NCBI RefSeq assembly: GCF_030013205.1
Contig: NZ_CP122648.1
Source of the DNA: Escherichia coli
GTDB taxonomy: Bacteria; Pseudomonadota; Gammaproteobacteria; Enterobacterales; Enterobacteriaceae
Reading direction: 5' to 3' (one strand)
Length of the DNA stretch: 64,000 nucleotides
Shown piece after piece: positions 9,768-18,761 of the stretch. The position numbers and the translations under genes were made by a program. Position 1 is the first letter of the stretch. Every line of letters starts with the position of its first letter. The notes under the pieces are model-generated. The model saw only the letters and a program-made list of their open reading frames with translations. It had not been told where the DNA came from and did no database searches.

Positions 9768-10709
9768 ATGGCTACTATTGCGCAATCAAAGAAACAAAAA
9801 AAACTTAAAATTGGTTTTTACACCAGCAGTTCTGGGACTATCCGCAGCCATTCAGTTGCTAAGCAAGCAATTGAAAATCTGTATAATACTTGCGTAACCG
9901 TTACGAATAATCATTTTGATACCATCTATAGAAATAAAAAGTTAAAAATAGCTTTTATAAATAAAGATACAAAAGCTAAATATTTCTTCGGCTACATGTC
10001 ATGCTCACGAGAAGAGTATCTCCTTCCTTATATTGGTGATGAACACTGGAATGAGCACAACATACCACTAGATGATAAAAAATACATAGTCGAAAGAACC
10101 TATTTTTTATATTATTACGATAGTGATATTTTAATATTAACTCAAAATCATCTTGGGCCGAAAGAATCGGATTTAGCTTATCTGCTTTACAGCCAGAGTG
10201 GTAATCCTGGAAATAACTTTTCATTCCAAGCCATCTGGAAAAAAGAGAGCGTCAAAGAGCTACTTGAAACAGGAAGTACTTTGAGAAGTTGTGATATTGT
10301 CCTGGCTGCTCCCAGGAACTTTGATGCAACAAATTACCAGCTAAATAGTTCATTTTCTAAGGAACTGGTAAATATGATGGTAGGGCTGGGTGGAACACGT
10401 CTCAAGTTAAATCTAAGGGGACGTGCATCAGGGAGAGTAAAAGTCAAAGGTTATTTATCAGATCTCGTTAAGGATGGTATTAAAGAACTCCTTGAAAAAA
10501 TGCCGGGAATTGTAAAAAAAGCGGCAGTAACACAGCCCAAAAATACCGTTGAACAAAGTCTTCTTGATCAGGTACTCATTTCAGAAAAAAACATATATAC
10601 CGTTAATGGTTATGGCACTGATAGTGATGTTCTGCAAGCCATGATTTCTGCTAAAATTGATAACAATGAATACCTTAAGCAATACGATATCAGCAAAAAG
10701 AAGGTATAG
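9768..10709 (+). CDS. RexA-like protein (candidate exclusion/abortive-infection component), uncharacterised
   Basis: 313 aa, soluble, AT-rich codons; first gene of a tightly linked pair; weak recalled similarity to lambda RexA (GFY near N-terminus, GP..SDL segment). Confidence 0.45.
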   Translation: MATIAQSKKQKKLKIGFYTSSSGTIRSHSVAKQAIENLYNTCVTVTNNHFDTIYRNKKLKIAFINKDTKAKYFFGYMSCSREEYLLPYIGDEHWNEHNIPLDDKKYIVERTYFLYYYDSDILILTQNHLGPKESDLAYLLYSQSGNPGNNFSFQAIWKKESVKELLETGSTLRSCDIVLAAPRNFDATNYQLNSSFSKELVNMMVGLGGTRLKLNLRGRASGRVKVKGYLSDLVKDGIKELLEKMPGIVKKAAVTQPKNTVEQSLLDQVLISEKNIYTVNGYGTDSDVLQAMISAKIDNNEYLKQYDISKKKV

Positions 10710-10712
10710 GAT

Positions 10713-11156
10713 ATGTTATTGAAATACTTAAGAAACCTGATTGTAAGTGTTTTTTGCACCTTGTTCCTACTGAGGTATATCCCTCAGATGGGGCATGCTG
10801 ACATACTTACAGCCTCCGGGGTTATTTCAACTGTATCCGGTATTTTATTTGGTTTTATTTTAGCCACAATATCAATTTTTAGTGCTGCTAGCGAAAACTC
10901 AAATGGAATAATAAAAGCATTAAAAAACAACAACATACTTCAAGTTATTATTGTAAATCTATTAACCGCAGGTGCATCTTTAATTACGGCATGCGTTATT
11001 GCTTTGATAGCAATGTTTGCCAATGAAAAGACATTGTTACATGGAGAAAAAATAGAATTTATTTTAATTATCGAATCTTTATCTCTTCTTATCATTTCAG
11101 TAATAACTTTTGCCTTTACATGGAGAAAAGTAAACTGGATACTCCCCCACATTTAA
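10713..11156 (+). CDS. RexB-like small inner-membrane protein with four predicted TM helices
   Basis: 147 aa, four hydrophobic helices, LRYIP motif after helix 1 similar to lambda RexB (FRHYIP, as recalled); starts 3 bp after the upstream gene. Confidence 0.5.
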   Translation: MLLKYLRNLIVSVFCTLFLLRYIPQMGHADILTASGVISTVSGILFGFILATISIFSAASENSNGIIKALKNNNILQVIIVNLLTAGASLITACVIALIAMFANEKTLLHGEKIEFILIIESLSLLIISVITFAFTWRKVNWILPHI

Positions 11157-11179
11157 AAAGGGCAGAAATGCCCTTTTTT

Positions 11180-11557
11180 CTACTCCATTTCAAGTTTAAC
11201 ATCCAGCATTGAAAGGCATCCATCAATAAACCCTTCAGCCATCTGTATCTCTATACGTATCAATTTCTCATCTTTTTTGCGAGCTCTTGCAAGCTTTCTT
11301 TTCGAGATGCCATACAGGTAATGGGCCACAATCAAAGAATGCTCGTACGGTTTTCGCTTTTTAAGAAGAGCAAGACAACCTTCAATAATTAATGCATCAC
11401 TATCTGAACAAGCCTGACGTGTTTTGCTTGTATAGGGAAGAAGCCCTTTAAACCCAGCAGCTATAGGAGAATAGTCTACTCCTGAACTATCACTCGCCGC
11501 CCATGCTCCCCAACGATCCAGAACCATTTGAATATCACGCATCAACTTTCTCCACAA
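11180..11557 (-). CDS. Late-gene antiterminator Q (QuuD/QuuQ-type)
   Basis: 125 aa; MRDIQMVLDRWGAWAA... matches the N-terminus of K-12 prophage Quu proteins as recalled. Confidence 0.75.
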   Translation of the reverse strand: MWRKLMRDIQMVLDRWGAWAASDSSGVDYSPIAAGFKGLLPYTSKTRQACSDSDALIIEGCLALLKKRKPYEHSLIVAHYLYGISKRKLARARKKDEKLIRIEIQMAEGFIDGCLSMLDVKLEME

Positions 11558-11559
11558 AA

Positions 11560-12555
11560 TCAGGCCAGCACGCCAGTTGCCAGCGCACGATCGATAAAAC
11601 GAAATATCAGCTCCAGCTGGGAGCCATACCTCTCTTCAAATGTCACGGTATCCGCATGCAGCTCGTCGTGATGCTTTCTGCACAAAGGCAACACAAAAAG
11701 GTCATGCGCTTTTGTTCCCATTCCACCCTGACCGTAACCTATCAGGTGGTGGGGATCATCAGCGGGCTTTCCACAACATGCACACGGCTGTGTCTTAACC
11801 CAGCGCGTGTACTTTTCATTAACCCAGCGGCGACGTTTTGGGCGTAACATAAAAGACTCCGGCGACTCCGGATCCACTTTCAGCGCCAGCACCTTTTTCG
11901 CCTTATCCTGGATGATGCTGGTGGCAGGAACCGAAGGCACAAGGTCACTTTCCCGGGTGACAGACGGCACAACAGGCTTCGGTAATCTCAGTGCCTTACG
12001 GGCTGCACTTTCCGGTAAGGCATCCGCCAGGTCATTACGAATCAGCCACCAGCACAGTTCCGGCATTGTCACAACGTGACTGTCATCAAAACCGAGATCC
12101 CGACGCACAACAGACAACACCCAGCGGGCACAGTTATCCGTTGCCATTGATTCCAGCCGTTCCGTGAACTGATCGCGCAGCTGGTTATCGCAGTGCCAGC
12201 ACAGACGGATTGCACCCGGAGCGTGTCGCATTGTGGTCATGTTCTCGCTGTGCCAGTCGGAATGAGGCCACTGGCAGCCTTTTTTACGAAGTAACCAGCT
12301 TTCAAGACATTCCACGCCACCAGCACGACGGATCACTGCCTCATTGCGGAACACGGCCCGAACGGCAGGATCATCCGCCAGCGGTTGTGACGCCGCGGGA
12401 ACGGCACCACTGGCGAAAGATGAATAATGCTCCGGCTCAGGCTCCAGCAGGACACGCCCCTGCATAAACAGGGGCATCAGCTCTGAACCGGGCCTGAACA
12501 ATACGATCCCCATACGCGGGGCAATTTCAGGGGTCAGTAGTGCTCTCACGGTCAC
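11560..12555 (-). CDS. DUF968-family lambdoid phage protein with C-terminal HNH-like Cys/His motif
   Basis: 331 aa; C-terminal CACCGKP...HHLIGYGQGG...CRKHHDELH. Confidence 0.5.
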   Translation of the reverse strand: MTVRALLTPEIAPRMGIVLFRPGSELMPLFMQGRVLLEPEPEHYSSFASGAVPAASQPLADDPAVRAVFRNEAVIRRAGGVECLESWLLRKKGCQWPHSDWHSENMTTMRHAPGAIRLCWHCDNQLRDQFTERLESMATDNCARWVLSVVRRDLGFDDSHVVTMPELCWWLIRNDLADALPESAARKALRLPKPVVPSVTRESDLVPSVPATSIIQDKAKKVLALKVDPESPESFMLRPKRRRWVNEKYTRWVKTQPCACCGKPADDPHHLIGYGQGGMGTKAHDLFVLPLCRKHHDELHADTVTFEERYGSQLELIFRFIDRALATGVLA

Positions 12556-12556
12556 C

Positions 12557-13366
12557 TCAATGAACGGTATCGAGCAGCTTTAACAGCTCAGGGAATCGGG
12601 ATTCGAAGAAATGCGGCTGCGTCTCGCGCGGATTTGCGGGACTGGTGATGTTCTTGCCGAACATGCAGCCTTTCGCTGTCAGCGACCAGAATTTTTTGAT
12701 GTTGTTAATCGCGGTACGGCTGTATCGTTCGCGTTGTTCAACGATCCCCAGCTTCGCCATCTGGTGATATGCCTGATTAGCCGTCAGGCGGATACCATAC
12801 TGTTTCAGCAGTGCACTCAGCGACAGCGTAGGGCGACTTGAGCCATCAGGCGCGTCAGCAGGAGCATCAATGGCATAGCGCGGTGCCAGATTCGGTAAGC
12901 CAACAGCCTCCTGGAGTTTCTGACAGGCACCAAGCACTGAAGAGTTAGACAGGTTTAACTCCCTGCGCATAAAGTCCAGCAGAATCACTCCAGCCTGCAT
13001 CTTGTCAGCAGCCTGCCCGGATAATTTTTCCGGTGCGCTGGTTACCATATCGAAAGTACGGATCACCTTCAGATGGAATGACGGGCTGATCCACATTGCA
13101 TAGGCATACACCAGTTCTTTGCAGACATACGTCCCCTGGTTATTTCCGCCATTAATGACGCTAACTGGTTGATTTTGTTCCAGAGGCGGAATTCCACCCT
13201 CGGTGAAAAGTTGTTCAATCAATTCACAGGTTTGCTTATTGGAGAGCCAGTATTTCGGGCGGTTTTTTTGTTCTCCCCCGGCTGCCCTGTGCAGATCGTT
13301 CAGGCTGTAACGCCCATAAGCATCACGACGAACTTCAATACCATCAATAACCATCAGATTATTCAT
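12557..13366 (-). CDS. KilA-N domain protein (antirepressor/Roi-like)
   Basis: 269 aa; N-terminal VIDGIEVRRDAYGRYSLNDLHRAAGG...RPKYWL has the KilA-N signature. Confidence 0.6.
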   Translation of the reverse strand: MNNLMVIDGIEVRRDAYGRYSLNDLHRAAGGEQKNRPKYWLSNKQTCELIEQLFTEGGIPPLEQNQPVSVINGGNNQGTYVCKELVYAYAMWISPSFHLKVIRTFDMVTSAPEKLSGQAADKMQAGVILLDFMRRELNLSNSSVLGACQKLQEAVGLPNLAPRYAIDAPADAPDGSSRPTLSLSALLKQYGIRLTANQAYHQMAKLGIVEQRERYSRTAINNIKKFWSLTAKGCMFGKNITSPANPRETQPHFFESRFPELLKLLDTVH

Positions 13367-13385
13367 ACTTCGTTTCTCCTCTTAA

Positions 13386-13589
13386 TCAGGCGGCTGCACC
13401 CGCCGGTTTCTCATACTTACTGATAGTGATCTCGACCTTCCCTTTCGGGATAACCGGTCCCCACTCCACCAGCATTCTTTTCACCTGTCTGTCGTCTTCC
13501 CACACACCCGCGTGGGTCAGGGCGTCAAACAGCGCCTTGTTATAGTTGTCCAGATCGCGGATCCGGTTATTTGCCGTTAAACTGTTCAT
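13386..13589 (-). pseudogene. rusA: Holliday-junction resolvase RusA, C-terminal fragment (about 60 of 120 aa)
   Basis: RDLDNYNKALFDALTHAGVWEDDRQV...KGKVEITI matches the RusA C-terminal half; the N-terminal half is missing. Confidence 0.65.
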
Positions 13590-14137
13590 GCGTTAGTTTC
13601 TCCACAGACACAAAACGCCACGACGCCCGGAGCTGCACACTCGCGGGCGTCACTCTTTTCTGGAGCGCAGAAAATTTTGTAGACCAGTGCCGCATGCTCC
13701 TGGAGCTTCGAAATTGACAGATACAATTCATCATTAATTGCTGTCTGCTCGTGTGGCTCCACTACCCCATCTTCGATTGCCGAACGAATCTGCTTTGAGT
13801 AACTCCCGATCTGTTCGATGACTTCCAGCAGGCGCTGGTTTATATCTGCGTTCTCTACTTCCTCAATTTCAGGAAGCGATACAAACACCCCACCAGCAGA
13901 CTGTGCGACAGCATCCGCAATGTAGTGAGTGCCAGCAGCACGCTGTAAAATCATTGCCCATCCCAGCGGGAAAATCTGATCGCCATCTGCACGAAGGCGG
14001 TTGAATAAAGCGTTCTCTGTAACATCCAGCCACTCAGCAGCTTCAGCGTAACCCCCCGGCAACGCCGCGATAGTTTTTCTGACAGCTTTCACGTACCACT
14101 CAGGCTGTTTTTCCACTTTCCAGTGATGATTACCCAC
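13586..14137 (-). CDS. Early regulatory protein immediately downstream of cro (YdaT/CII-like position); C-terminus possibly altered by a deletion junction
   Basis: 183-aa ORF overlapping the cro stop; family assignment is by position and weak recollection only. Confidence 0.35.
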   Translation of the reverse strand: MGNHHWKVEKQPEWYVKAVRKTIAALPGGYAEAAEWLDVTENALFNRLRADGDQIFPLGWAMILQRAAGTHYIADAVAQSAGGVFVSLPEIEEVENADINQRLLEVIEQIGSYSKQIRSAIEDGVVEPHEQTAINDELYLSISKLQEHAALVYKIFCAPEKSDARECAAPGVVAFCVCGETNA

Positions 14138-14390
14138 GGCTTACCTCCTGTTCCTGTGGTTTAAACCCATTCTGGTTTTGGCTAGATTGAAAACGTGCCG
14201 GATAAAGAATCTGCATTTCGCTGATTTCACCCTTAAAAAAATTGGCCAGACGTTCTGCAAGATCGATAGATGGAATTTGTTCCAGTCTTTCAATACGACT
14301 CAGCGTCGCTGGATTGACCTGAACGCCAGCAGCAACATGCTGCAAAGTAAATCCGTGCGCCTTACGCACATTCCGTAATGGTGATTGCAT
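14130..14390 (-). CDS. cro: Cro-like HTH (XRE-family) repressor
   Basis: 86 aa with HTH (GFTLQHVAAGVQVNPATLSRIE), divergent from the cI-like gene across a 97-bp operator region. Confidence 0.75.
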   Translation of the reverse strand: MQSPLRNVRKAHGFTLQHVAAGVQVNPATLSRIERLEQIPSIDLAERLANFFKGEISEMQILYPARFQSSQNQNGFKPQEQEVSRG

Positions 14391-14487
14391 ATGACCTCCA
14401 CATATTGCGTGATGAGCATATTATTTCACGCAAATATTTTGCGCAAGTTGATTTGCTTAACGCGCAATAAAGAAATGTAATAAACGC
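14391..14487. promoter_or_regulatory. Right operator/promoter region (oR, pR, pRM) with repeated TTGC-N7-GCAA-type sites
   Basis: Sites TTGCGTGATGAGCAT (14405-14419) and TTGCTTAACGCGCAA (14453-14467), plus palindrome CGCAAATATTTTGCG between them. Confidence 0.5.
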
Positions 14488-15180
14488 ATGAACATAGGAA
14501 ACCGAGTCAGACAACTTCGCCAGGCGAAGAACATGAAAATCGCCGATCTCGCTGAAGCAATAGGAGTGGATGCGGCGAATATCTCACGCCTGGAAACAGG
14601 TAAGCAGAAACAATTCACTGAACAAGCCCTGAGTAATATTGCCAAGAGCTTAGGTGTTGATATTGCTGATCTCTTTACCTCAGACTTCAAAAGTAATACT
14701 GTATGTAAAAACAGTATTAGTGAGGATGTTGCGCAGGTGAAGGATGTATTCCGTATTGAAATGCTGGATGTCAGTGCCAGTGCGGGAAATGGCCTTATCC
14801 AGGGCGGTGATGTCATTGATGTGATTCATGCCATTGAATACAGAACTGATAATGCTGTATCGATGTTTGGTGGACGGCCAGCCAATCACATTAAAGTTAT
14901 CAACGTTCGTGGGGACAGTATGTGTCCAACCATTGAGCCAGGAGATCTCATCTTCGTTGATGTCAGTATCAATCAGTTTGATGGAGATGGTATCTATGTA
15001 TTTGGTTTTGATGATAAAATTTATGTCAAACGACTGCAAATGATACCTGACAAACTACTGGTGATTTCTGATAACCAGATTTACCGTGAATGGGGAATTA
15101 CCAGCGAAAATGAACACCGGTTTATGGTCTTTGGAAAGGTCTTAATCAGCCAGTCACAAACCCTTAAGCGACACAATTAA
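14488..15180 (+). CDS. cI: CI-like prophage repressor (HTH-XRE N-domain and S24 LexA-like peptidase C-domain)
   Basis: 230 aa; N-terminal HTH (MKIADLAEAIGVDAANISRLETGK), C-terminal ...GDSMCPTIEPGDLIFVD...YVKRL with Ser/Lys dyad pattern. Confidence 0.85.
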   Translation: MNIGNRVRQLRQAKNMKIADLAEAIGVDAANISRLETGKQKQFTEQALSNIAKSLGVDIADLFTSDFKSNTVCKNSISEDVAQVKDVFRIEMLDVSASAGNGLIQGGDVIDVIHAIEYRTDNAVSMFGGRPANHIKVINVRGDSMCPTIEPGDLIFVDVSINQFDGDGIYVFGFDDKIYVKRLQMIPDKLLVISDNQIYREWGITSENEHRFMVFGKVLISQSQTLKRHN

Positions 15181-15200
15181 CCCTTACCTCCTCATCAATT

Positions 15201-15225
15201 AGCCACCCAAAGGTGGCTTTTCATC
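15201..15225 (+). terminator. Rho-independent terminator after cI
   Basis: AGCCACC-CAAA-GGTGGCT hairpin followed by TTTTCAT. Confidence 0.55.
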
Positions 15226-15229
15226 ACCC

Positions 15230-15280
15230 TTTAAATTGCATATCTCGCAACAAAAACACTTGCATAATGCGCAACTTCAT
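15230..15280 (+). promoter_or_regulatory. Putative left operator/promoter (oL/pL)
   Basis: Two sites with the same TTGC-N7-GCAA pattern as oR: TTGCATATCTCGCAA (15236-15250) and TTGCATAATGCGCAA (15260-15274). Confidence 0.45.
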
Positions 15281-15882
15281 TTTATCTTTCTTTCCAGACA
15301 AACAAACAAGGTACTAACAAAATTTGGTTGTAACACGGCGTATGGCACATGCGTCGTTAGCGGTCTGGGGACGTTAAAGGGGACAATCCACTCCTTGCTC
15401 GGGCAAACAAACCAGGTAGCCGGAATGTGCAAGTCAATGATGATGCTGATAAGACGCCTAACCAGCGTGGCGATTCGGTTTGACGCCTGGGAAGAGACCA
15501 GGGTGCAACGATGAGGGCATTTATGGAGCCGCGACAAAGTGTGGTGCCGTAACTGGCTAAGTGCTCTCAGCGTTGTGGTAATCCGCGAAATGGCGCGGCG
15601 GTAAGTATGGCGGGGTTACTCTTTCCCCGTTGAGGACACCGGATTGTCAGGTTGACCATACGCCTGAGTGACAACCCCACCACAACAGCCACTGCTTTGG
15701 CGGTACCAGTTTGTACCCTTGCTTCCGGCTGGTACCGCTCTTTTTACAAAACAGAGAAGAGCATCACCGGACGACGAGCTCATAACCCAATCCATCCGGG
15801 CGGCTGCCACCGCAGGTGTTCTTCTCCGTTTTGTGGAGAAACCAACCGACCTTGCAGGGTCGATATGATGAGGAGCAGCAAA

Positions 15883-16245
15883 ATGGCTAGCGAACGCAGT
15901 ACTGATGTGCAGGCATTTATTGGGGAGCTGGACGGCGGCGTATTTGAAACCAAAATCGGCGCAGTTCTCAGTGAAGTCGCTTCCGGTGTGATGAACACGA
16001 AAACCAAAGGTAAGGTCTCGCTCAACCTGGAAATCGAACCGTTTGATGAGAATCGTGTGAAAATCAAACACAAACTCTCGTATGTTCGCCCGACTAACCG
16101 CGGGAAAATTTCCGAAGAAGACACCACCGAAACGCCGATGTATGTCAATCGCGGTGGTCGCCTGACTATTCTGCAGGAAGACCAGGGACAATTACTGACT
16201 CTTGCTGGTGAACCTGACGGAAAACTCCGCGCAGCAGGTCATTAA
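15883..16245 (+). CDS. YfdP-like prophage protein (CPS-53 family), 120 aa
   Basis: GAGGAG ribosome-binding site 7 nt upstream of ATG at 15883; size and position match yfdP ahead of the yfdQ/yfdR homologues. Confidence 0.5.
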   Translation: MASERSTDVQAFIGELDGGVFETKIGAVLSEVASGVMNTKTKGKVSLNLEIEPFDENRVKIKHKLSYVRPTNRGKISEEDTTETPMYVNRGGRLTILQEDQGQLLTLAGEPDGKLRAAGH

Positions 16246-16310
16246 TATCGTTCTTAATTAACTGATTATTTATCTCATCACTGAATATCTTTATATAGTG
16301 AGGACTTATT

Positions 16311-17135
16311 ATGTCTCAGAACTTAGACGCAACCGCAATTAATCAAATCCATGCCCTTATTTCTGCTCAGGGTGTTAATGAAATTATCAGTAAGATTGGT
16401 GCCGATGCTGTGGCATTGCCTGAGAATTTCCGCATTCATGATCTGGAAAAATTTAATTTAAATCGCTTCCGTTTCCGTGGTGCGCTTTCCACTGCCAGCA
16501 TCGATGACTTTACCCGTTATTCTAAAGATCTTGCAGATGAAGGCACCCGCTGCTTTATCGATGCTGATAATATGCGTGCCGTCAGTGTGCTTAACCTGGG
16601 TACTATTGATGAACCAGGTCACGCAGATAACACCGCCACTCTCAAACTGAAAAAGACAGCACCGTTCTCTGCTCTGTTGTCTGTTAATGGCGAGCGTAAC
16701 TCCCAGAAATCACTGGCAGAATGGATTGAAGACTGGGCCGACTACCTTGTGGGCTTTGATGCTAATGGTGACACCATTCAGGCAACCAAAGCGGCTGCGG
16801 CAGTCCGTAAAATCACAATTGAAGCAAACCAGACCGCTGATTTTGAAGACAATGACTTCAGCGGCAAACGCTCCCTGATGGAGTCTGTCGAAGCGAAAAC
16901 CAAAGACATTATGCCAGTGGCATTTGAATTTAAATGCGTTCCGTTTGAAGGCCTGAAAGAACGTCCGTTTAAATTACGCCTCAGCATTATCACTGGCGAT
17001 CGTCCTGTACTGGTTCTGCGCATTATTCAGCTGGAAGCGATGCAGGAAGAAATGGCTAACGAATTTCGTGATCTGCTTGTTGAGAAATTCAAAGACAGCA
17101 AAGTAGAAACCTTTATTGGTACTTTCACCGCCTGA
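16311..17135 (+). CDS. YfdQ-like protein (DUF2303), 274 aa
   Basis: Length and gene order identical to CPS-53 yfdQ; no catalytic motif recognised. Confidence 0.5.
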   Translation: MSQNLDATAINQIHALISAQGVNEIISKIGADAVALPENFRIHDLEKFNLNRFRFRGALSTASIDDFTRYSKDLADEGTRCFIDADNMRAVSVLNLGTIDEPGHADNTATLKLKKTAPFSALLSVNGERNSQKSLAEWIEDWADYLVGFDANGDTIQATKAAAAVRKITIEANQTADFEDNDFSGKRSLMESVEAKTKDIMPVAFEFKCVPFEGLKERPFKLRLSIITGDRPVLVLRIIQLEAMQEEMANEFRDLLVEKFKDSKVETFIGTFTA

Positions 17136-17263
17136 TTTCATTACTGCAAATGCCCCTGCGGGGGCATTTATGGAAACGTAATTAACTCAATAATCACCGG
17201 ATGGTGAGAGCTTCCTTTTAGCAGAATTCAGCGCGGTGCAGCGCATATAAAGTGGAGAACTAA

Positions 17264-17800
17264 ATGTCATTTATTAAAACTTTTTCCGGGAAGCATTTTT
17301 ATTATGACAAGATAAATAAAGACGACATCGTGATTAACGATATCGCAGTTTCCCTTTCAAATATCTGTCGCTTTGCAGGACATCTTTCACACTTCTACAG
17401 TGTCGCCCAGCATGCGGTGCTTTGCAGCCAGCTGGTGCCGCAGGAATTTGCTTTTGAAGCGTTAATGCATGATGCAACAGAAGCATATTGCCAGGACATC
17501 CCAGCGCCACTGAAACGACTTCTTCCTGACTATAAACGGATGGAAGAAAAAATAGACGCCGTAATCCGTGAGAAATACGGGTTACCCCCGGTTATGAGCA
17601 CGCCTGTGAAATATCCCGATCTCATCATGCTCGCAACCGAACGCCGTGATCTCGGGCTTGATGATGGCTCTTTCTGGCCTGTACTGGAAGGTATCCCGGC
17701 AACAGAGATGTTCAAAGTTATTCCACAGTCGCCAGGCCATGCCTACGGGATGTTTATGGAACGCTTTAACGAGTTATCGGAGTTACGCAAATGCGCATGA
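17264..17800 (+). CDS. YfdR-like HD-domain 5'-deoxynucleotidase, 178 aa
   Basis: HD-type metal-binding residues (...HLSHFYSVAQHAVL...MHDATEAY...); size equals K-12 YfdR. Confidence 0.6.
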   Translation: MSFIKTFSGKHFYYDKINKDDIVINDIAVSLSNICRFAGHLSHFYSVAQHAVLCSQLVPQEFAFEALMHDATEAYCQDIPAPLKRLLPDYKRMEEKIDAVIREKYGLPPVMSTPVKYPDLIMLATERRDLGLDDGSFWPVLEGIPATEMFKVIPQSPGHAYGMFMERFNELSELRKCA

Positions 17801-17834
17801 GTCTTTCAACTGCACAACCATTGGAGGGGTAGCA

Positions 17835-18029
17835 ATGAACAACTTAATGACAACTAAACAGGTCGCCGACTTCTGTGGTGTTTCAATATCAACAGTGCTT
17901 CGCTGGAACAGCATAAACCATAGAACAGGTAAGAAATATAGACCAGACTTTCCTGATCCTGATATAAAATCCTGTCCCAATAAATGGGCATCACACAAGA
18001 TTTATAGGTTTGCGGGTATTATCGAATAA
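17835..18029 (+). CDS. AlpA/Xis-family excisionase-like DNA-binding protein (TorI-like)
   Basis: 64 aa from ATG at 17835 (GGAGGGG ribosome-binding site upstream); MTTKQVADFCGVSISTVLRW is an AlpA-type HTH. Confidence 0.6.
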   Translation: MNNLMTTKQVADFCGVSISTVLRWNSINHRTGKKYRPDFPDPDIKSCPNKWASHKIYRFAGIIE

Positions 18030-18761
18030 CATTTATTTGTTTCGATGTTAGCTGACACATCTATGGCACAGAGCAAAACCGAATATGATTGTCCACTCTG
18101 TGCTAGTAGAAAACATAGATATCAACTATCCGTACCAATCTGTGAGTATAGAATAAATTAATCTGCTCGCAACTAATAGCCTCTAACAGCCAATACAGTG
18201 CCACCGATGATACAAAAAACAATACTCCAAAAAGCGTCTGGTATTGGATTGTCATTACTAGCTTCCGAGGTGAGATATGCATTAAGCCAGGTGCGCTGGA
18301 AAAGTTATGTTTCCCTAATGGAATTGCCCATGACTCAACATATTTTTTCTCTGTTGCTAGCGAATAGACCTAAAATGATAAGCACCATTAACATCAACAG
18401 CGCCCCCTTGAGCTCTTCTTTTCGGTGAAAAGCCCATCATCAACGGCGCATTGCCTAACCCGAATTCTAGCCACCTTAGCCAGTATTTACCCCCTAGATA
18501 CCAAATGCTTACCCCTCTATTTGCTCTGATAATACTTTATTGCATAATCCCTCACTACATTAGACACTGCGTCAATCCTGCCTTCTATAGCTTGTTTTAA
18601 CGCTTTCGGCACATTCCTCTGAACCAGCCCAAGATATGGCTGTTAAATTTTTACTTACATTCAAAAAAACTTTAACTTTTGCAATCAGATCATATGATGT
18701 TGTTAATGGTAATATTCTGAATCTAAAATGACTTAAGAGTTCGTAGGTTAGAGGGACATGT

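Noticed and set aside
15616-16191. 191-aa minus-strand ORF and the 5' extension of the 197-aa plus-strand ORF
   Set aside because: The minus-strand ORF is antisense to the yfdP-like gene; the plus-strand extension upstream of 15883 is Cys/Arg/Pro-rich with no ribosome-binding site, so the gene is taken to start at 15883.
18030-18761. Short ORFs (76 aa plus strand, 68 aa minus strand) in the AT-rich spacer before the 339-aa gene
   Set aside because: No ribosome-binding sites or recognisable motifs; more likely promoter or intergenic DNA of the acquired cassette, though a decayed gene remnant cannot be excluded.
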